Part shown: positions 10,926 to 22,766 of the stretch, piece by piece
Numbering within the stretch: position 1 is the first letter of the stretch
Layout: every line of letters begins with the position of its first letter
Assembly (NCBI GenBank): GCA_002722675.1
Contig: PBMN01000025.1
Coordinates: 47,267-111,266, forward strand
Direction of reading: 5' to 3'
Source of the DNA: Opitutaceae bacterium
Lineage (GTDB): Bacteria; Verrucomicrobiota; Verrucomicrobiia; Opitutales; Opitutaceae
DNA: 64,000 bases
The notes under the pieces: model-generated
What the model was told of the DNA's origin: nothing
Database searches by the model: none
Seen by the model: only the letters and a program-made list of their open reading frames with translations
Position numbers and translations under genes: made by a program

Positions 10926-11158
10926 GTGGGTTGTGAAGGGCAATTAATGCCAGAGCCTGCGGTCTAGGTGGATCGCCACCAAAAACAACAATAACCAATG
11001 GGGACTGAGCAGTTACACAACTAGAACTAAAGCCAGTAAGCCGGGTCTTCCAACGATCTCCCTGTCCGACCTTTCAATCCAACTAACACCCGTAGGTAGC
11101 TCCCTCCCTTATTGCCGCCCCGTAGTCAAATCAAACTTCTTGGGCAATGCATTCCCAT

Positions 11159-11633
11159 TCAGCTCTTCCACCCAGACATCGAGCATTCCCTCCCTGTACC
11201 CAAGGTCACCTCCACTCCATCTTGAGGCGAAGCCAATCGCTTTCGGATGACCACCCCTTTCCTCTGGATTGCAATCACTCCTCCCAATGATCCTCGATCA
11301 GCCTTTGAAATCAAAAAGCGGCCTCCTTCTTCGATTCTGGCCGGCCAGCCAACCGCTTCCTTATCCTCTCCATAAAGACGGTGGCCATCCTGGTAGCGAC
11401 ACAGAGTGGGTTCACATATAACCGTTTCATCCACATAGATTCTCTCGCAAACGAATCCAGATTAGTGTGTCGATCTGATCATGATCATGCGTTCCCAAAT
11501 CGCTGAATCCTTTATCATCGGTCAGGACAATGATGAAGTTGGGGCGGTCTTCTGCTGAAGCGGTGGCCGAGCCGAAGCCAAACGCCGTCGCCAAAAAATA
11601 AAACAAAAAGGTCGAACTCCGCATGGGTTTCAT
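11159..11633 (-). pseudogene. Degraded sulfatase (N-terminal fragment plus a possible downstream fragment)
   Basis: Signal peptide + RPNFIIVLTDDKGFSDLG..QIDT (arylsulfatase N-terminus), then the frame is lost before the CxPxR motif. Confidence 0.7.
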
Positions 11634-11819
11634 TCTCTGCTATTTACTCTCTGACGCAACGCGTTTTCCCTTAGGCGAGGGCTCGTTATCCTTAGGCAGT
11701 CTAATTTACCTGTAGCAATTTGCACCTGTAAGGATAAGGTGCCTCACCTCTAATAACCTGCAATGCCAAAGAAATGAGCACAACCTGGGGGATTCCCTGA
11801 AAACCATGTTAACTCGATG

Positions 11820-14378
11820 TCAATGAGCCCGCAACGGTCCAATCCCGATAATCGCTAGACTGACCTTACCAGATGCCTTTGACTCAGTGAGGTCCACGGA
11901 AAACTCGACCAGCCAGTCATTCAGTTCCTCTGAATCTACGAGAGTTTGATCGACAGTCCAGACCGTATGGTCTTCCCCTTTTGAAATATGAGTATGCTCA
12001 AGCGCTCTTGCGGCTGGATCCAAGCGTATCCATTCTCTACTTTCATAGAACGGACTCATTAGTTTCTCCAGTTCTATATCATCCCACTTGGCTTCGCTGC
12101 CCGATTCGGAAATAGCTGACTTTATGTCGAAGCGTTCCGCTATCTTTAAATACTGCCGGTTCGCCAGTAGACGGATAAACGAAAACACCTCGTTTCGGAT
12201 CAATCTGGTAAACGAATCCTTCTCCCTCGTGATATCGATTGATTCTGCTCGAATTGGAAGCTCCTCACTCGTCTCTTTTACGTTTTCGGGATTTCGAATG
12301 CGTTCCCATTCGTCGAGCAAACTTGAATCCACATTTTTTAGTAAATGCTCTAAATAGACTGTGATTTCATTAACGTTTTCAGTCTTGAAGACAGATGGCA
12401 CAGTATTCTCCAGAATACGATAGACATTGGTCAAATGCCGCAGGAGGAGCCCTTCAGAGCGGGCGAGTCCGTAGAGCTTCACATAGTCGCTGAAACTTGA
12501 GTAGCGCTCGAACATTTCTCGGGCGATGGATTTCGGTTTAATATTCTCCTGGCCCACCCAAGGATGTAGTCGCACGAACTCATTGAAGGTAGTATAAATG
12601 AACTCACTTTCTGGTTTCGGATACTCCATTAAATCCAGCTTCTCAATACGCTTTTCGTACTCGATTCCTGCCGCTTTCATTTCAGCTATTTTATCGGATT
12701 TCAAAACATCAAGTTGCCGCCTCAAAATAACGTCTGGATCTTCCAGTATAGATTCGAGAACACTCAGCAGTTTGAGCGGGTACTGCGGGTCGCCTGTATT
12801 CAATAATCCCAAGGCATCAATACAGTAGAGTGAAAGCGTCTGATTGAGTGAAAAGTCGTCCTGAAGCTCCACATTTAATTGGAGCTTTTGGACTGATTGG
12901 CTAGGATCGTTGATCTCGATAATATTTCGCTCCACCAAAGCCCGAAAGAGCTGAAAACTCCTTCTTCGGAGACTCTTTTTGGAACACTCCGTATTGTGGC
13001 AATCCGCTATGATCGTTCGCATCGCCTTGCAGCCGTCACCCTCGCGACTAAGAATGTTTAAAAGCATTCCATGGGAGACGGTAAATCGGGATTCTAAAGG
13101 TTCCGCAGAAGCAGATTGAAGCCGCTCGAAGGTAACCTCGTCCCAATGGACAAATCCCCTTTCCGGCGGTCTTCGCTTAACCAGTTTTCTCTTCTTTTTC
13201 GGATCGTCGGCGGACTTCGCCTCTTGACGCTTGTTTTCGATCACATGCTCAGGTGCCAATGCCACCACATAGCCACAATCATCAAATCCTTTCCGCCCTG
13301 CTCGTCCACTGATCTGATGAAAATCGCGTGCACTAAGAATAGAGGTTTTCCTTCCGCCATACTTGCAAAGCTGCGTTAAAAGTACCGTTCTTATGGGTAC
13401 GTTTACTCCCACCCCTAATGTATCCGTTCCGCAAATAAATTTGAGTAAACCCTTCTGAGCGAACGATTCAACCAATACACGGTACTTCGGCAATAGACCC
13501 GCATGGTGCAGGCCAATACCATTGGCGAGGTACTTTTTGATTTCCTTGCCAAACGGACTCGTGAAGGCCGCACCCTGGAGGGCCACACGTAATTCCTGCT
13601 TTTCCTCTTTCGTGCAAGCGTTTACGCTCATCAAGTTCTGAGCAGTGTCCGAGGCAGACTTCTGCGTGAAATGAACGATATAGACGGGTCTCTTCTTTTC
13701 CTCTTTCAGTTTTTCCAATGCCTCGACTAATGGCACCTCCAGGTAACTGAACTCCAACGGGACAGGTCTCTCATTACTGGATACAGTTGCACATTCGATG
13801 CCGGTTAGTCTTTCCAGATCGCGACTAAAGAATTGGGTATCTCCCAAGGTAGCCGAGATCAGCATGAATCGACAATGAGGCAGGGTCAGCAAAGGAGCTT
13901 GCCAGGCAACTCCTCTCTCGTGGTCCGAGTAATAGTGAAATTCGTCCATGATAACGTCATCCACTCGGGCCTTTTCTCCGTCTCTCAGAGCGATGTTCGC
14001 AAGAATTTCTGCGGTACAGCAGAGGATTGGAGCTCCTTGGTTGACGCTTGCATCGCCAGTCATCATACCTACGTTTTCTGCTCCAAAGTCCCGACATAAA
14101 GCCAGAAATTTCTCGTTTACGAGGGCCTTGATGGGGCAGGTATAAACGGACCGCCTGCCCCTCGACGCTGAAAAGAAATGCATCGCTGCCGCTACCAGAG
14201 ACTTCCCAGAGCCTGTCGGCGTTTTCAAGATGACGTTCTTTCCACTGAAGACTTCCAGTATCGCCTCTTCCTGCGCGGGATAGGGCTCGATGTCTTTTTT
14301 CGACAGGTAGTCTAGGAAGTGCTCGAGAAGCTCGTCCGAATCCAGTTTGCCATTCTGCGGCTGCAGGGGAAAGTCCAT
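11820..14378 (-). CDS. DEAD/DEAH-box (Ski2/HelY-like) helicase with DUF3516
   Basis: [22 protein letters not shown] motifs. Confidence 0.92.
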   Translation of the reverse strand: MDFPLQPQNGKLDSDELLEHFLDYLSKKDIEPYPAQEEAILEVFSGKNVILKTPTGSGKSLVAAAMHFFSASRGRRSVYTCPIKALVNEKFLALCRDFGAENVGMMTGDASVNQGAPILCCTAEILANIALRDGEKARVDDVIMDEFHYYSDHERGVAWQAPLLTLPHCRFMLISATLGDTQFFSRDLERLTGIECATVSSNERPVPLEFSYLEVPLVEALEKLKEEKKRPVYIVHFTQKSASDTAQNLMSVNACTKEEKQELRVALQGAAFTSPFGKEIKKYLANGIGLHHAGLLPKYRVLVESFAQKGLLKFICGTDTLGVGVNVPIRTVLLTQLCKYGGRKTSILSARDFHQISGRAGRKGFDDCGYVVALAPEHVIENKRQEAKSADDPKKKRKLVKRRPPERGFVHWDEVTFERLQSASAEPLESRFTVSHGMLLNILSREGDGCKAMRTIIADCHNTECSKKSLRRRSFQLFRALVERNIIEINDPSQSVQKLQLNVELQDDFSLNQTLSLYCIDALGLLNTGDPQYPLKLLSVLESILEDPDVILRRQLDVLKSDKIAEMKAAGIEYEKRIEKLDLMEYPKPESEFIYTTFNEFVRLHPWVGQENIKPKSIAREMFERYSSFSDYVKLYGLARSEGLLLRHLTNVYRILENTVPSVFKTENVNEITVYLEHLLKNVDSSLLDEWERIRNPENVKETSEELPIRAESIDITREKDSFTRLIRNEVFSFIRLLANRQYLKIAERFDIKSAISESGSEAKWDDIELEKLMSPFYESREWIRLDPAARALEHTHISKGEDHTVWTVDQTLVDSEELNDWLVEFSVDLTESKASGKVSLAIIGIGPLRAH

Positions 14379-14584
14379 TTACGCCCGCGAGCTTCCTGCA
14401 CTCGCCCGAAGGAGCAACAAAAATTCCCACTTTTAAAAACCCGCCCTAGCTATGGCTCGCGATTTCCAATATTCCTTCGTATTTAGGATACCAAGACGGT
14501 TCTCAAATGATTCAAAACTCTTTCCGGCACACATTGGCTATTGCAGAACCAATCCCTTATTCCTTGAATAAAGCCCACCACCTT

Positions 14585-15661
14585 ATGATTGTAAGCGTTT
14601 TTATCGCCATTCAAGTCGTAATCAACACGTACTTGTACTGCACAGTTGCCAACGGTCTGGGAAGAGACTCTTGGCTAGTGTTGGCGATTATTGTATTCTG
14701 CCTCATTTCCTTGATAGCAGCCCTCCTAATGGAGCGAACAAACTGGTTGAAGAGTTCTCTACTCGTTTCCAAGATCGGATATAACTGGATGGGTGTTGGA
14801 TTTATCTTTGCCTCTGTGGCATTCGTTTTCGATTCTGTACAGTGGTTTGTACCCCATATCGGCGATGGCACTTCACTGAGTGGCGTAGTGGTCATCGGGG
14901 GAACCATTTCCATTTGGGGGTTGTTGGCAGCTAATCGGATAAACATCCGCCACATCTCCCTCCATTCATCCAAGATCCGGACTCGGGTCACCCTTACTCA
15001 GATCTCAGACCTGCATCTGGGCGATGCTAGCACTCAATCCCGCCTGCGAAAGGTGGTGAAAACAGTCAATCAGCTTGGCCCTGATCTCATTGTCTCAACG
15101 GGCGATCTATTCGATGGATATCTTCCTCTGATGAGGCCGTATGTCGAACTGCTCAAAGAGATGGTTGCCCCCCTCGGGAAATACGCAGTGAGCGGAAATC
15201 ACGAAGTTTATGCTGGACTCGAGGAAGCGCTCGAACTGACAAAAGAATCAGGTTTCACCGTACTTAGAAACGGATCTGTAACCATGGGAGACCGTATTGC
15301 CCTCGCCGGCATCGAGGATCCGACTGCACGGAGAAACGAGGATCGTGTAGCGATTGCGGCACAATGCTTCAAAGACCTCTCATCCGACCGGTACACAATT
15401 TTCCTTAATCACCGACCCAGCATCCGTCCCGAGCGATTTGAGCGATTTGATCTTCAATTGTCGGGCCATACCCATGGCGGACAGATTTTCCCTTTTCATA
15501 TTCTGTCGAAACTCGCCTACAAGGCCAAACCAGGACTCACCGAACTAGCTCCGCAGACTTTTCTTTACCTTAGCAGAGGCACCGGTTCCTGGGGTCCTCA
15601 ATTGCGTGTCTTTGCCCCGCCTGAAATTACGCATTTCACCATCAATCCTGCCACGCTCTGA
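14585..15661 (+). CDS. Membrane-anchored metallophosphoesterase (YkuE-like)
   Basis: N-terminal TM helices; SDLH, TGDL, GNHE, GHTHGGQ motifs. Start could be 14507. Confidence 0.9.
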   Translation: MIVSVFIAIQVVINTYLYCTVANGLGRDSWLVLAIIVFCLISLIAALLMERTNWLKSSLLVSKIGYNWMGVGFIFASVAFVFDSVQWFVPHIGDGTSLSGVVVIGGTISIWGLLAANRINIRHISLHSSKIRTRVTLTQISDLHLGDASTQSRLRKVVKTVNQLGPDLIVSTGDLFDGYLPLMRPYVELLKEMVAPLGKYAVSGNHEVYAGLEEALELTKESGFTVLRNGSVTMGDRIALAGIEDPTARRNEDRVAIAAQCFKDLSSDRYTIFLNHRPSIRPERFERFDLQLSGHTHGGQIFPFHILSKLAYKAKPGLTELAPQTFLYLSRGTGSWGPQLRVFAPPEITHFTINPATL

Positions 15662-15891
15662 TCTGGCACTAGAGACGGGTGCCAAAGGGGTGTATTAAGA
15701 TCCGCTAAGGATGCTAATTGAACGTTGACAACGGGATTCTCGCCTGGATCTGGCCAACTAATGGTTACCTGCATCGGACGGCAACAAACCTCACAATCCG
15801 TTACCATTTCGATCTCTTGGGTGCTATGCCCAGGCAAATCAATTTCAAGAGTCTACCCGCAAGTGGGAAAGATAATGCTCAAGAATTCCAC
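15598..15891 (-). pseudogene. CPXCG-motif cysteine-rich small protein, disrupted
   Basis: GTG at 15891: MEFLSIIFPTCG*TLEID...DCEVCCRPMQV. In-frame TAG at 15853-15855; first Cys of CPxCG replaced by Phe. Confidence 0.7.
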
Positions 15892-16105
15892 GAAGTGATA
15901 CTTATTCAAAGTAGTAGACTGGCAGTTCGTACTTTGAGCTCAAATGCAAGGATCGGTTTGCAATCATCTAACTCGGGGCTGTCGCCCTCCCTTTACTATG
16001 TTCGAGGAGCAAATCCACAGTTCTGGGGTCATGGATGGCCTATTTCCTGATTAAGAGATGGAACTCCGGTCTTCTCTCGTGCAAAATCTTCTCAAGGTGC
16101 TTTTA

Positions 16106-16764
16106 ATGACCTACCTCAACAAGAACTTTAGCCATCGTGTCCTATACCTTTTGCCGTTCGGATTAGTTTGGCTTTTTTTGGCTGTCGCTTCGAACAAGGC
16201 CTCTCTCCTGAGGAACTAGTCGAGGCAAAAGCAGCATTTGAATCCTGTCTGGTTTGCCATAGCACCCAGGAGATGCAAAGAGGTCCGATTATCAACGGTT
16301 TACCCGCCTGGTTTAATAGACAACAGTTACGCAAATTCTTGGAGGACACTCGCGGTCAAAGTCCGGAAAACAAGTCTGAGCTCCTCATTGGATCGGCTCG
16401 TGATCGCATATCAGATGAGAGAACGATCAACCTGCTTTCTCAGTACATTGCATCACTACCTCCAAAGCCTTACCAGCCAGTCGTCAAAGGAAATGCGTTG
16501 AATGGCTCAGTCCTTTACCAGAGTTGTATACAATGCCACGGAGCAAAGGGCGAAGGGAACGAAATGCTCAAGTCCCCTCCGCTCAATATTCAGGAAGACT
16601 GGTATCTACTCGATCAACTGCGAAAGTTCGCTTCAGGAAAGCGGGGACACCATCCTAAAGACATTGAGGGTATCCAAATGGCGCATACTTTGTTGAATAT
16701 TGACGGAGAATCTCTCAAGGATTTGACCGCCCACATGCAGGATTTTAGCATGCCCATTCAATAG
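16106..16764 (+). CDS. Diheme cytochrome c4/c553-like protein; signal peptide out of frame at a T7 tract
   Basis: CLVCH and CIQCH, two 'QLRKF..G.RG' type repeats. ATG 16106 encodes a hydrophobic leader that joins 'FGC' only if the T7 run at 16173-16179 is T8. Confidence 0.8.
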
Positions 16765-16777
16765 GGAGCGGCTGAAA

Positions 16778-17602
16778 TCATGACGCTACAAACTCCTGCA
16801 ACGCTGACTTCAATTGAGGGTACGCCATAGCAAATAACGTAATCAGGGGAATCATTCCGATCGTGGAACCTGCCATGAGAACTGCCTGGGGCGAATTCAA
16901 ACTGCTTCCGTAAAGCGCCGCTAAACTAATCGGCAAGGTCCTTGCTTCCTCGCTATGCAGAATAAGCATCGGAATGACATGGGCATGCCATGCGAGGACA
17001 AAATGGGCGAAGCCAAATGCGATGAGGAAGGGTTTAACAAGCGGAAGCACAGAAAGGAAGGTCCTCCACTCGGATGCTCCCTCAATGCGAGCGACTTCAA
17101 TTAATTCCTTCGGCACGAGACGGAATACTCGAGTGAAAAACAGGAGGCCAAGTCCACTTACCATACCTGGTAATGCCACCCCTAAGGGATTGTCAAACAG
17201 GCCGAGTGTGTTGACCCAAACAAAGAGCGGCAACGCCACCATCTGCACGGGAATCAGAACCACCATAAAGCCTAAAGTGACAAGAGTCATTCTTCCGCGA
17301 AATTGGTACGTTCCGATGATGTAGCCAGCCATTGCGGCCAAGATGGTTGCTCCGACACCTTGGGAAATTGAAATGGCAATCGAATTGAAAAGCGTACGTT
17401 CGAAATTGAGATACTCTCCCGAAAACAGGATGCCAAAATATTGCCCAGTCCATTCCAACGGCCAATAGACTCGTGTATTGAAAATTTCACTATTCGATTT
17501 AAAGCTACCTAGAACCATCCAGAATAGCGGATAGAGGAAAATAAAAGCGGCTAGTAATGTGGCTAGACTCACGACCAAAGTTGCGATTCGAGAAGTTCTC
17601 AC
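16778..17602 (-). CDS. Carbohydrate ABC transporter permease (MalG-like)
   Basis: EVARIEGAS EAA loop; GTG start overlaps the upstream stop (GTGA). Confidence 0.9.
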   Translation of the reverse strand: MRTSRIATLVVSLATLLAAFIFLYPLFWMVLGSFKSNSEIFNTRVYWPLEWTGQYFGILFSGEYLNFERTLFNSIAISISQGVGATILAAMAGYIIGTYQFRGRMTLVTLGFMVVLIPVQMVALPLFVWVNTLGLFDNPLGVALPGMVSGLGLLFFTRVFRLVPKELIEVARIEGASEWRTFLSVLPLVKPFLIAFGFAHFVLAWHAHVIPMLILHSEEARTLPISLAALYGSSLNSPQAVLMAGSTIGMIPLITLFAMAYPQLKSALQEFVAS

Positions 17603-18501
17603 ATTTTTACTCCTTTCCACAAGTAACGGGGGGCGAGAGCTACCAGGATCAGCATTCCTGCCAGCCACGGTAAAATGGAAAGGCTTACCGCTGCTCCACT
17701 GCCAAATCCTCCACCAACAAAGGCTTTCTGGTAGGCATAAGTGACAAGCAGCAGTCCCGCATCGTTAGCACCGCCCGAACCACCGAAAAGCACGTAAGAG
17801 CCGGCAAATTGAGCGAAGCAATCCACCAACAGGTAGATCAGGCAAAACGTAATCGTCGGGGAAATGAGAGGAAGAGTGATTTTGTAAAATCTCTGCCAGA
17901 TATTGACTCCATCTATCGCTGCCGCATCGAGCACGTCCCGCGGGCGAGCGTTCAAAGCACACAGTAGAAAAAAGGTCATAAATCCCGTCCACCGCCAGAC
18001 TGCTTGAATGACAATTGCTGGCATAATGAAGTCAGGATCCGACAACCAATTGACAGACTCAAATCCCAAAGGCTCGATGAGCCATCGATTCAATAGCCCT
18101 TCTTTCCCGTGAAACACGAGGAGGAAAAGTAGTGCGAGCACGGTGGGGGGACAAAGACCGGGAACCACCAACGCAAATGTCAGTGGCCCCTGCAATCCCT
18201 TCAGGCTCAGTCTGATTCCATGGGCGAATAGCATAGCCAGCCCGATAGAAAAAGTGATTGTGCATAGGGCAAACACCGAGGTGTTAGCGACCGAGTGCCA
18301 ATATCGTGAATCCTGAAGCAATTCACTGTAATGCTTAAAGCCGACAAAAGACGACTCACCCCACAAGGTGTTTGACTCGAGGCTTAGCAATAATCCTTCA
18401 CCCAGAGGCATAGCCCAGAAAACGAGAAGGAACAAAAAGAACGGAGCGGCCAATAATAGCCGCCCTCGATTTATTCTTAAAAACCCAGCATACCGTAGCA
18501 T
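17599..18501 (-). CDS. Carbohydrate ABC transporter permease (MalF/UgpA-like)
   Basis: DAAAIDGV..WQRFYKITLPLI EAA loop; TM helices. Confidence 0.9.
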   Translation of the reverse strand: MLRYAGFLRINRGRLLLAAPFFLFLLVFWAMPLGEGLLLSLESNTLWGESSFVGFKHYSELLQDSRYWHSVANTSVFALCTITFSIGLAMLFAHGIRLSLKGLQGPLTFALVVPGLCPPTVLALLFLLVFHGKEGLLNRWLIEPLGFESVNWLSDPDFIMPAIVIQAVWRWTGFMTFFLLCALNARPRDVLDAAAIDGVNIWQRFYKITLPLISPTITFCLIYLLVDCFAQFAGSYVLFGGSGGANDAGLLLVTYAYQKAFVGGGFGSGAAVSLSILPWLAGMLILVALAPRYLWKGVKM

Positions 18502-18515
18502 TGCGTCAGCAGAAG

Positions 18516-19823
18516 CTAATTCTGGTCTGGCGGCCCACCACCCCCTTCGAGCTGCTCCTTAAATCGTTCGAGGGCTACCCGAGCATCACCTTCCCCGTAC
18601 ATAATGCTGCTGAGCATTCCTTCCCGGATCATGAAAACTGCCATCGGCCGTCTTGGATTCATCATAACTCGGGGAACCTCCGGAGCAAGATCCACTAAGA
18701 TTTGGCCCATCGAGTCGTATCCGAAAAACGGTTGCGGCTGGAGAATTCTAATGTCCTCAAATGCAGGTTTGTAAGCGGGGAAACTGTTCCCTTGTAGGAA
18801 GCGCTGCGCATTTGCCTCTTTGTTAGTCATAACGAATTTCATGAACTCCCAGGATGCGTCAATGGATTGGCTTCCCTTGTAAATCACGAGTCCCTGTCCG
18901 GCAAAGGTCGAAGTCCGAACTGAATTCGGGTTGCCTTGGTCATCGGTCCAGACCGGAAGTGGCATCATTCCCCATTCCCCTTCCAAGTCGGAAGAGAATT
19001 GCTGAATCATGTCCAGGCCATACCAATCCGCACCCATGATCGCCACAATTTCGTTGTTGGCCACATCACCCCCAAAAAAGACAGGATCGAAAATCGAGCT
19101 ACGATCCGGCATCAGGCCAATCCGCTTTTGAGCGAGTTCTCCCAAAAATTCAAGCGTGTCGACTGCCAGGTCGAAGTCGGGCAGGAGGTCGCCCGTTTCT
19201 GAAAACAAATCCGAACCTCGCTGGCGCAAGAGGATCTCAAAATAGCTCGGATCCATGGCGAGAAAGGACTGATTTTGGGCTACTAGTTCTTCGCCAATAT
19301 CCACAAGGTCATCCCAAGTCTTAAACTCGCTCGGCGAGAGCCCGTATTGCTCAAACAGATCTCGGCGGTAGTATATCAGCATCGCGCTCATGGACTGCGG
19401 CAATCCAAGCACGCGTCCTTTCTGGGTGAAGAGCTCTAGGCGTTGAGGCATGATGTCCTCTTTCAACCCCGCTTCAATTACGCGCTCAGTCAAATCCACA
19501 AAAGGCGCCTCATCCTGAAGATACATTCCAAAGAAGACTTCGTCGAGTTGGATGATGTCCGGTGTGTTAGTTTGGGTTTTTAAAGCGATTGCCAACTTAT
19601 CGGGCATCTCACGGAAGCCGAAAGCCTGAACCTCCGCTTCGAAATACGAATCGACTTCCTGCTGGTAAAGCCGAACCATATTGTCGTAGTAGATCTTGTC
19701 CTCCTGGGAACTGATCCAGATTTTAACGGATTCCGCGGAAACCGCCGCGGTGGCAATTCCTGACAGAAGAACGAGGAACAAGGTCTTTGATCTCATCGTG
19801 AAACGAATTATGGTCGAACGCAT
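18516..19823 (-). CDS. Sugar ABC transporter substrate-binding protein
   Basis: Signal peptide; PDII, YYRRDLFEQYGL, TWDDL motifs of family 1 solute-binding proteins. Confidence 0.9.
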   Translation of the reverse strand: MRSTIIRFTMRSKTLFLVLLSGIATAAVSAESVKIWISSQEDKIYYDNMVRLYQQEVDSYFEAEVQAFGFREMPDKLAIALKTQTNTPDIIQLDEVFFGMYLQDEAPFVDLTERVIEAGLKEDIMPQRLELFTQKGRVLGLPQSMSAMLIYYRRDLFEQYGLSPSEFKTWDDLVDIGEELVAQNQSFLAMDPSYFEILLRQRGSDLFSETGDLLPDFDLAVDTLEFLGELAQKRIGLMPDRSSIFDPVFFGGDVANNEIVAIMGADWYGLDMIQQFSSDLEGEWGMMPLPVWTDDQGNPNSVRTSTFAGQGLVIYKGSQSIDASWEFMKFVMTNKEANAQRFLQGNSFPAYKPAFEDIRILQPQPFFGYDSMGQILVDLAPEVPRVMMNPRRPMAVFMIREGMLSSIMYGEGDARVALERFKEQLEGGGGPPDQN

Positions 19824-19928
19824 AGCAATTTATTATTCAACTGGATAGAGTGATATCTATATGACGTCGAGGGTGAATATTTAGGACAAGCGAGAATGAT
19901 CGGTCGTTCCCTTTTCAATCGACCGAGC

Positions 19929-20995
19929 TCAGAAAACTAGGAATCGCCGACTGAGTGTAAACACCTCCTTTGGCGCGCCCAAGGCGGCCTTGAGCCGCAA
20001 ATCCCGATCCCATGAGTTCCGATTTCGCCACAGGGAGCAAAGTTGTGTGAACTTCAGATTGAGAGGAAACTGAAGTGGCGATGCCATAGGCGTATTCGTT
20101 AGTCGATAGTCTGTTCTATACATGATCCGGCCCTGCAGTCTCGAATCGTTCAGTACTATGTTTAGGTAGCGCTTTCGATTGCACTGAGTGAGGGTTGAAA
20201 TATCGGTATACAGATTAGGATATACGGGCAGCATCTCCAGCAAGCGATCGATATTCTCCAGTTCGTTTCGCTCACCTTAACTAGCGACATGGGCGGCGAT
20301 CACGCGAACCTAGCATTCCAGAGGAAACCGGAGGAGCTGTCGGTCCGCGAGGGCATTGTTCGTCTTTGAGAATGAATCTTCATCGCTTACGTAAGTCAAC
20401 AATGGCAGATTGAGGGCCACCAGCCTCTGGTAGAAGTCTCTACAAGAGGAATTGGAGGGGTCGATATCCTCAATCTTGGGAAGCCCCTTGATGAGGACGG
20501 CCCCATTCTCCTTTGACCACTCCAACTCTTCCAAGGGATCCTTTAGATTAGGATGTACCGAAGCTCCAAAGTAGAGATTTTTCGTGTCACCTTACAAAGT
20601 CGCCCACAAATCGGTTGGGGACGCAGACTTCGCCGTCAGCTAGATTAATCTCCCCACCAATTGAATACGGCTCATCCATCGCCAAGATCACGGCCCCATC
20701 AACATACTCAGATTTATTTACAGATTGAACAATGATTTACAAAATCGCTTGGTAACCTTTGGCTAGCAGCATCGCGTGGCTGCTCTTAAATATTTTTAAG
20801 TAGAGGAGGGACTTCCAGCTTTGTCTCAATTCTTCCGATTTCCAGGCACCACTTCCTCCTTCACCAATTCCCGCGGTATGGCAATGCATATCGATGTTAC
20901 CTTTAGGCGGCTCGGGGGCGTTCGCGAGAAGACCGCGGAACAAAGCTAGGCTACTTAGTGCTACTGCCAAACTAAGGCGATCTCTATGAATCCAT
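19929..20995 (-). pseudogene. Amidohydrolase_2-family metal-dependent hydrolase, fragmented
   Basis: Fragments carry IDMHCH, VILAMD, FGASVHP, VRVIAAH and PNLYTDIS, separated by in-frame TAG/TAA and frameshifts. Confidence 0.85.
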
Positions 20996-21187
20996 AATAC
21001 ATCTTAACTCAACCAATCGCAGGGATCACTTTCGTGAAACGCTGCATTGGACTCTTTTCACTACTCTCTTAGCGGGTCGTTTTTGAATGCCCCATCGTTT
21101 GCACGAACCAGACATTTCGTTCGTAAATCTTCGAATCGCTTCTTTTTCCTCCCATTCCCAAAGGAGTCCGCTACGGTTCCTTCATCC

Positions 21188-22027
21188 ATGGCCCAAGTCG
21201 GAAAACAGAACCGTCTCAATTTGCTGAGAGAATCGCCCCAGGGAATCTACCTAGATGCCGAAAATCTCGGAGAGATTTTGCTGCCTAGACGCCTCATTCC
21301 TGATTGGGCAAAAATAGGCGATGTCGTCGACACTTTCCTCTATCGAGACTCGGAGGATCGATTGATCGCCACCACAAAATCACCCAAAGTTCAGGTTGGA
21401 CAGTTTGCCTGCCTAAAAGTTTTGGAGGTTAATGATAGGATTGGGGCCTTTCTGGATTGGGGTCTGGAAAAGGACCTCCTTCTTCCTTTTAGGGAGCAAA
21501 AGACAAATGTGCGTCCTGGCCAGAAGGTCGTCGTATTTGCCATGATTGACGATCACAATGATCGTCTCGTTGCCAGCGCTCGGCTGAATCGCCATTGGAA
21601 TCAGTCTGAGCCAGATTACCAGGCCGGTGATCCCGTCCGTCTACTGGTTGCGGAAGAGACTCCCATGGGATACCGCACGATTATCGAAAATAGGCACACG
21701 GGTCTACTTTACAAAAGTGAGTTGTCAGAACCCCTTGAATACGGACAGTCCCTTCAAGGGTTTATCAAGGAAATTCGCCCGGACGGTAAAATCGATTTGA
21801 GACGCGACGCCGCCGGTTATCGACGCGTTCTCCCACTGGTAGAGGATATCTTTGACAAACTGACCGATGATGGCGGATTCATTCCATTTAACGACAAGAC
21901 AGATCCCGAAGTTATTCGGCAAACGTTCGGCGTCAGCAAAAAGGCGTTTAAGCAAGCCATTGGCTCTCTTTACAAACAACGCCGTATTGCGTTTAAGGGC
22001 GATGGTATCATACTGACAAAGTTCTAG
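21188..22027 (+). CDS. cvfB: S1-domain RNA-binding protein CvfB/YitL
   Basis: GAFLDWGLEKDLLLPFREQ; C-terminal FGVSKKAFKQAIGSLYK. Confidence 0.88.
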   Translation: MAQVGKQNRLNLLRESPQGIYLDAENLGEILLPRRLIPDWAKIGDVVDTFLYRDSEDRLIATTKSPKVQVGQFACLKVLEVNDRIGAFLDWGLEKDLLLPFREQKTNVRPGQKVVVFAMIDDHNDRLVASARLNRHWNQSEPDYQAGDPVRLLVAEETPMGYRTIIENRHTGLLYKSELSEPLEYGQSLQGFIKEIRPDGKIDLRRDAAGYRRVLPLVEDIFDKLTDDGGFIPFNDKTDPEVIRQTFGVSKKAFKQAIGSLYKQRRIAFKGDGIILTKF

Positions 22028-22140
22028 CAGCCAAACTCGCCCTCACAATAGGTGCCAGGTTAAGGCTAAAACCTAAATCCGACTTTTCTACATTCCATCA
22101 AAATACGAATCCAGCAACGAAGCCGGTTTCTTTTTGCACT

Positions 22141-22596
22141 TCAGGGCTCTAGACGGAGAGTTATCAGAATTCGCTATAACATCCAGGGGGCATTGGCATT
22201 CAGATCGCTTTTGGCCAACACACGCTTGGGTCGAGTTAGGGGGATCGTATCGAAGTCCAACTGAGGAATCAGTGCTTCGAGGACGCCGTAGTCGTTCTTG
22301 CCTAATCCGAGATTCGCGATCAACTATTCGTCGACGGACCGTTGTTGAGCACCCTTCTTCGATTCTTCCTCAGGCTCGTTCAAAGCATCCAATATATCTG
22401 ACTCCACCTCATCTTCGCCACCTGCGGGTACACCCATCTTGAGAATCGAATAATTCACTTCGTTCTTCGTTTGTTCATTAGAGGGCTCACCTCCTATTTC
22501 TGCCGCCTTCTGAGTTGAGTCTGTCGACTCCGCGTGCTTTGGCTACTGAGCGTTCAAACCTTCAAAATCCACGTTATATTTTCCCTTCGAAGCCAT
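22141..22596 (-). pseudogene. Degraded gene of unknown family, divergent from the ParA gene
   Basis: GAGG RBS then MASKGKYNVDFEGL, a frameshift, then an acidic protein-like frame with two TAG stops. Confidence 0.45.
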
Positions 22597-22766
22597 GACT
22601 ACCTCATCAAGTTTAGGTCTAGATTTCCGTTTGTAAATATCTCTAGATTATCGGCACATTCAAGGAATTGTTGAACGAGGTCTATAGCGGGCTTTCTCGA
22701 GGCTCAATTGCAGGATTGGGCGCTCGTTGCCGATTTAGAAATTGGGCTGATTTCGAATCTGCGATT

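Noticed and set aside
5761-11633. The two minus-strand sulfatase fragments as halves of one gene split by an insertion
   Set aside because: They look like different sulfatase subfamilies, most of the middle is missing, and there are no insertion signatures.
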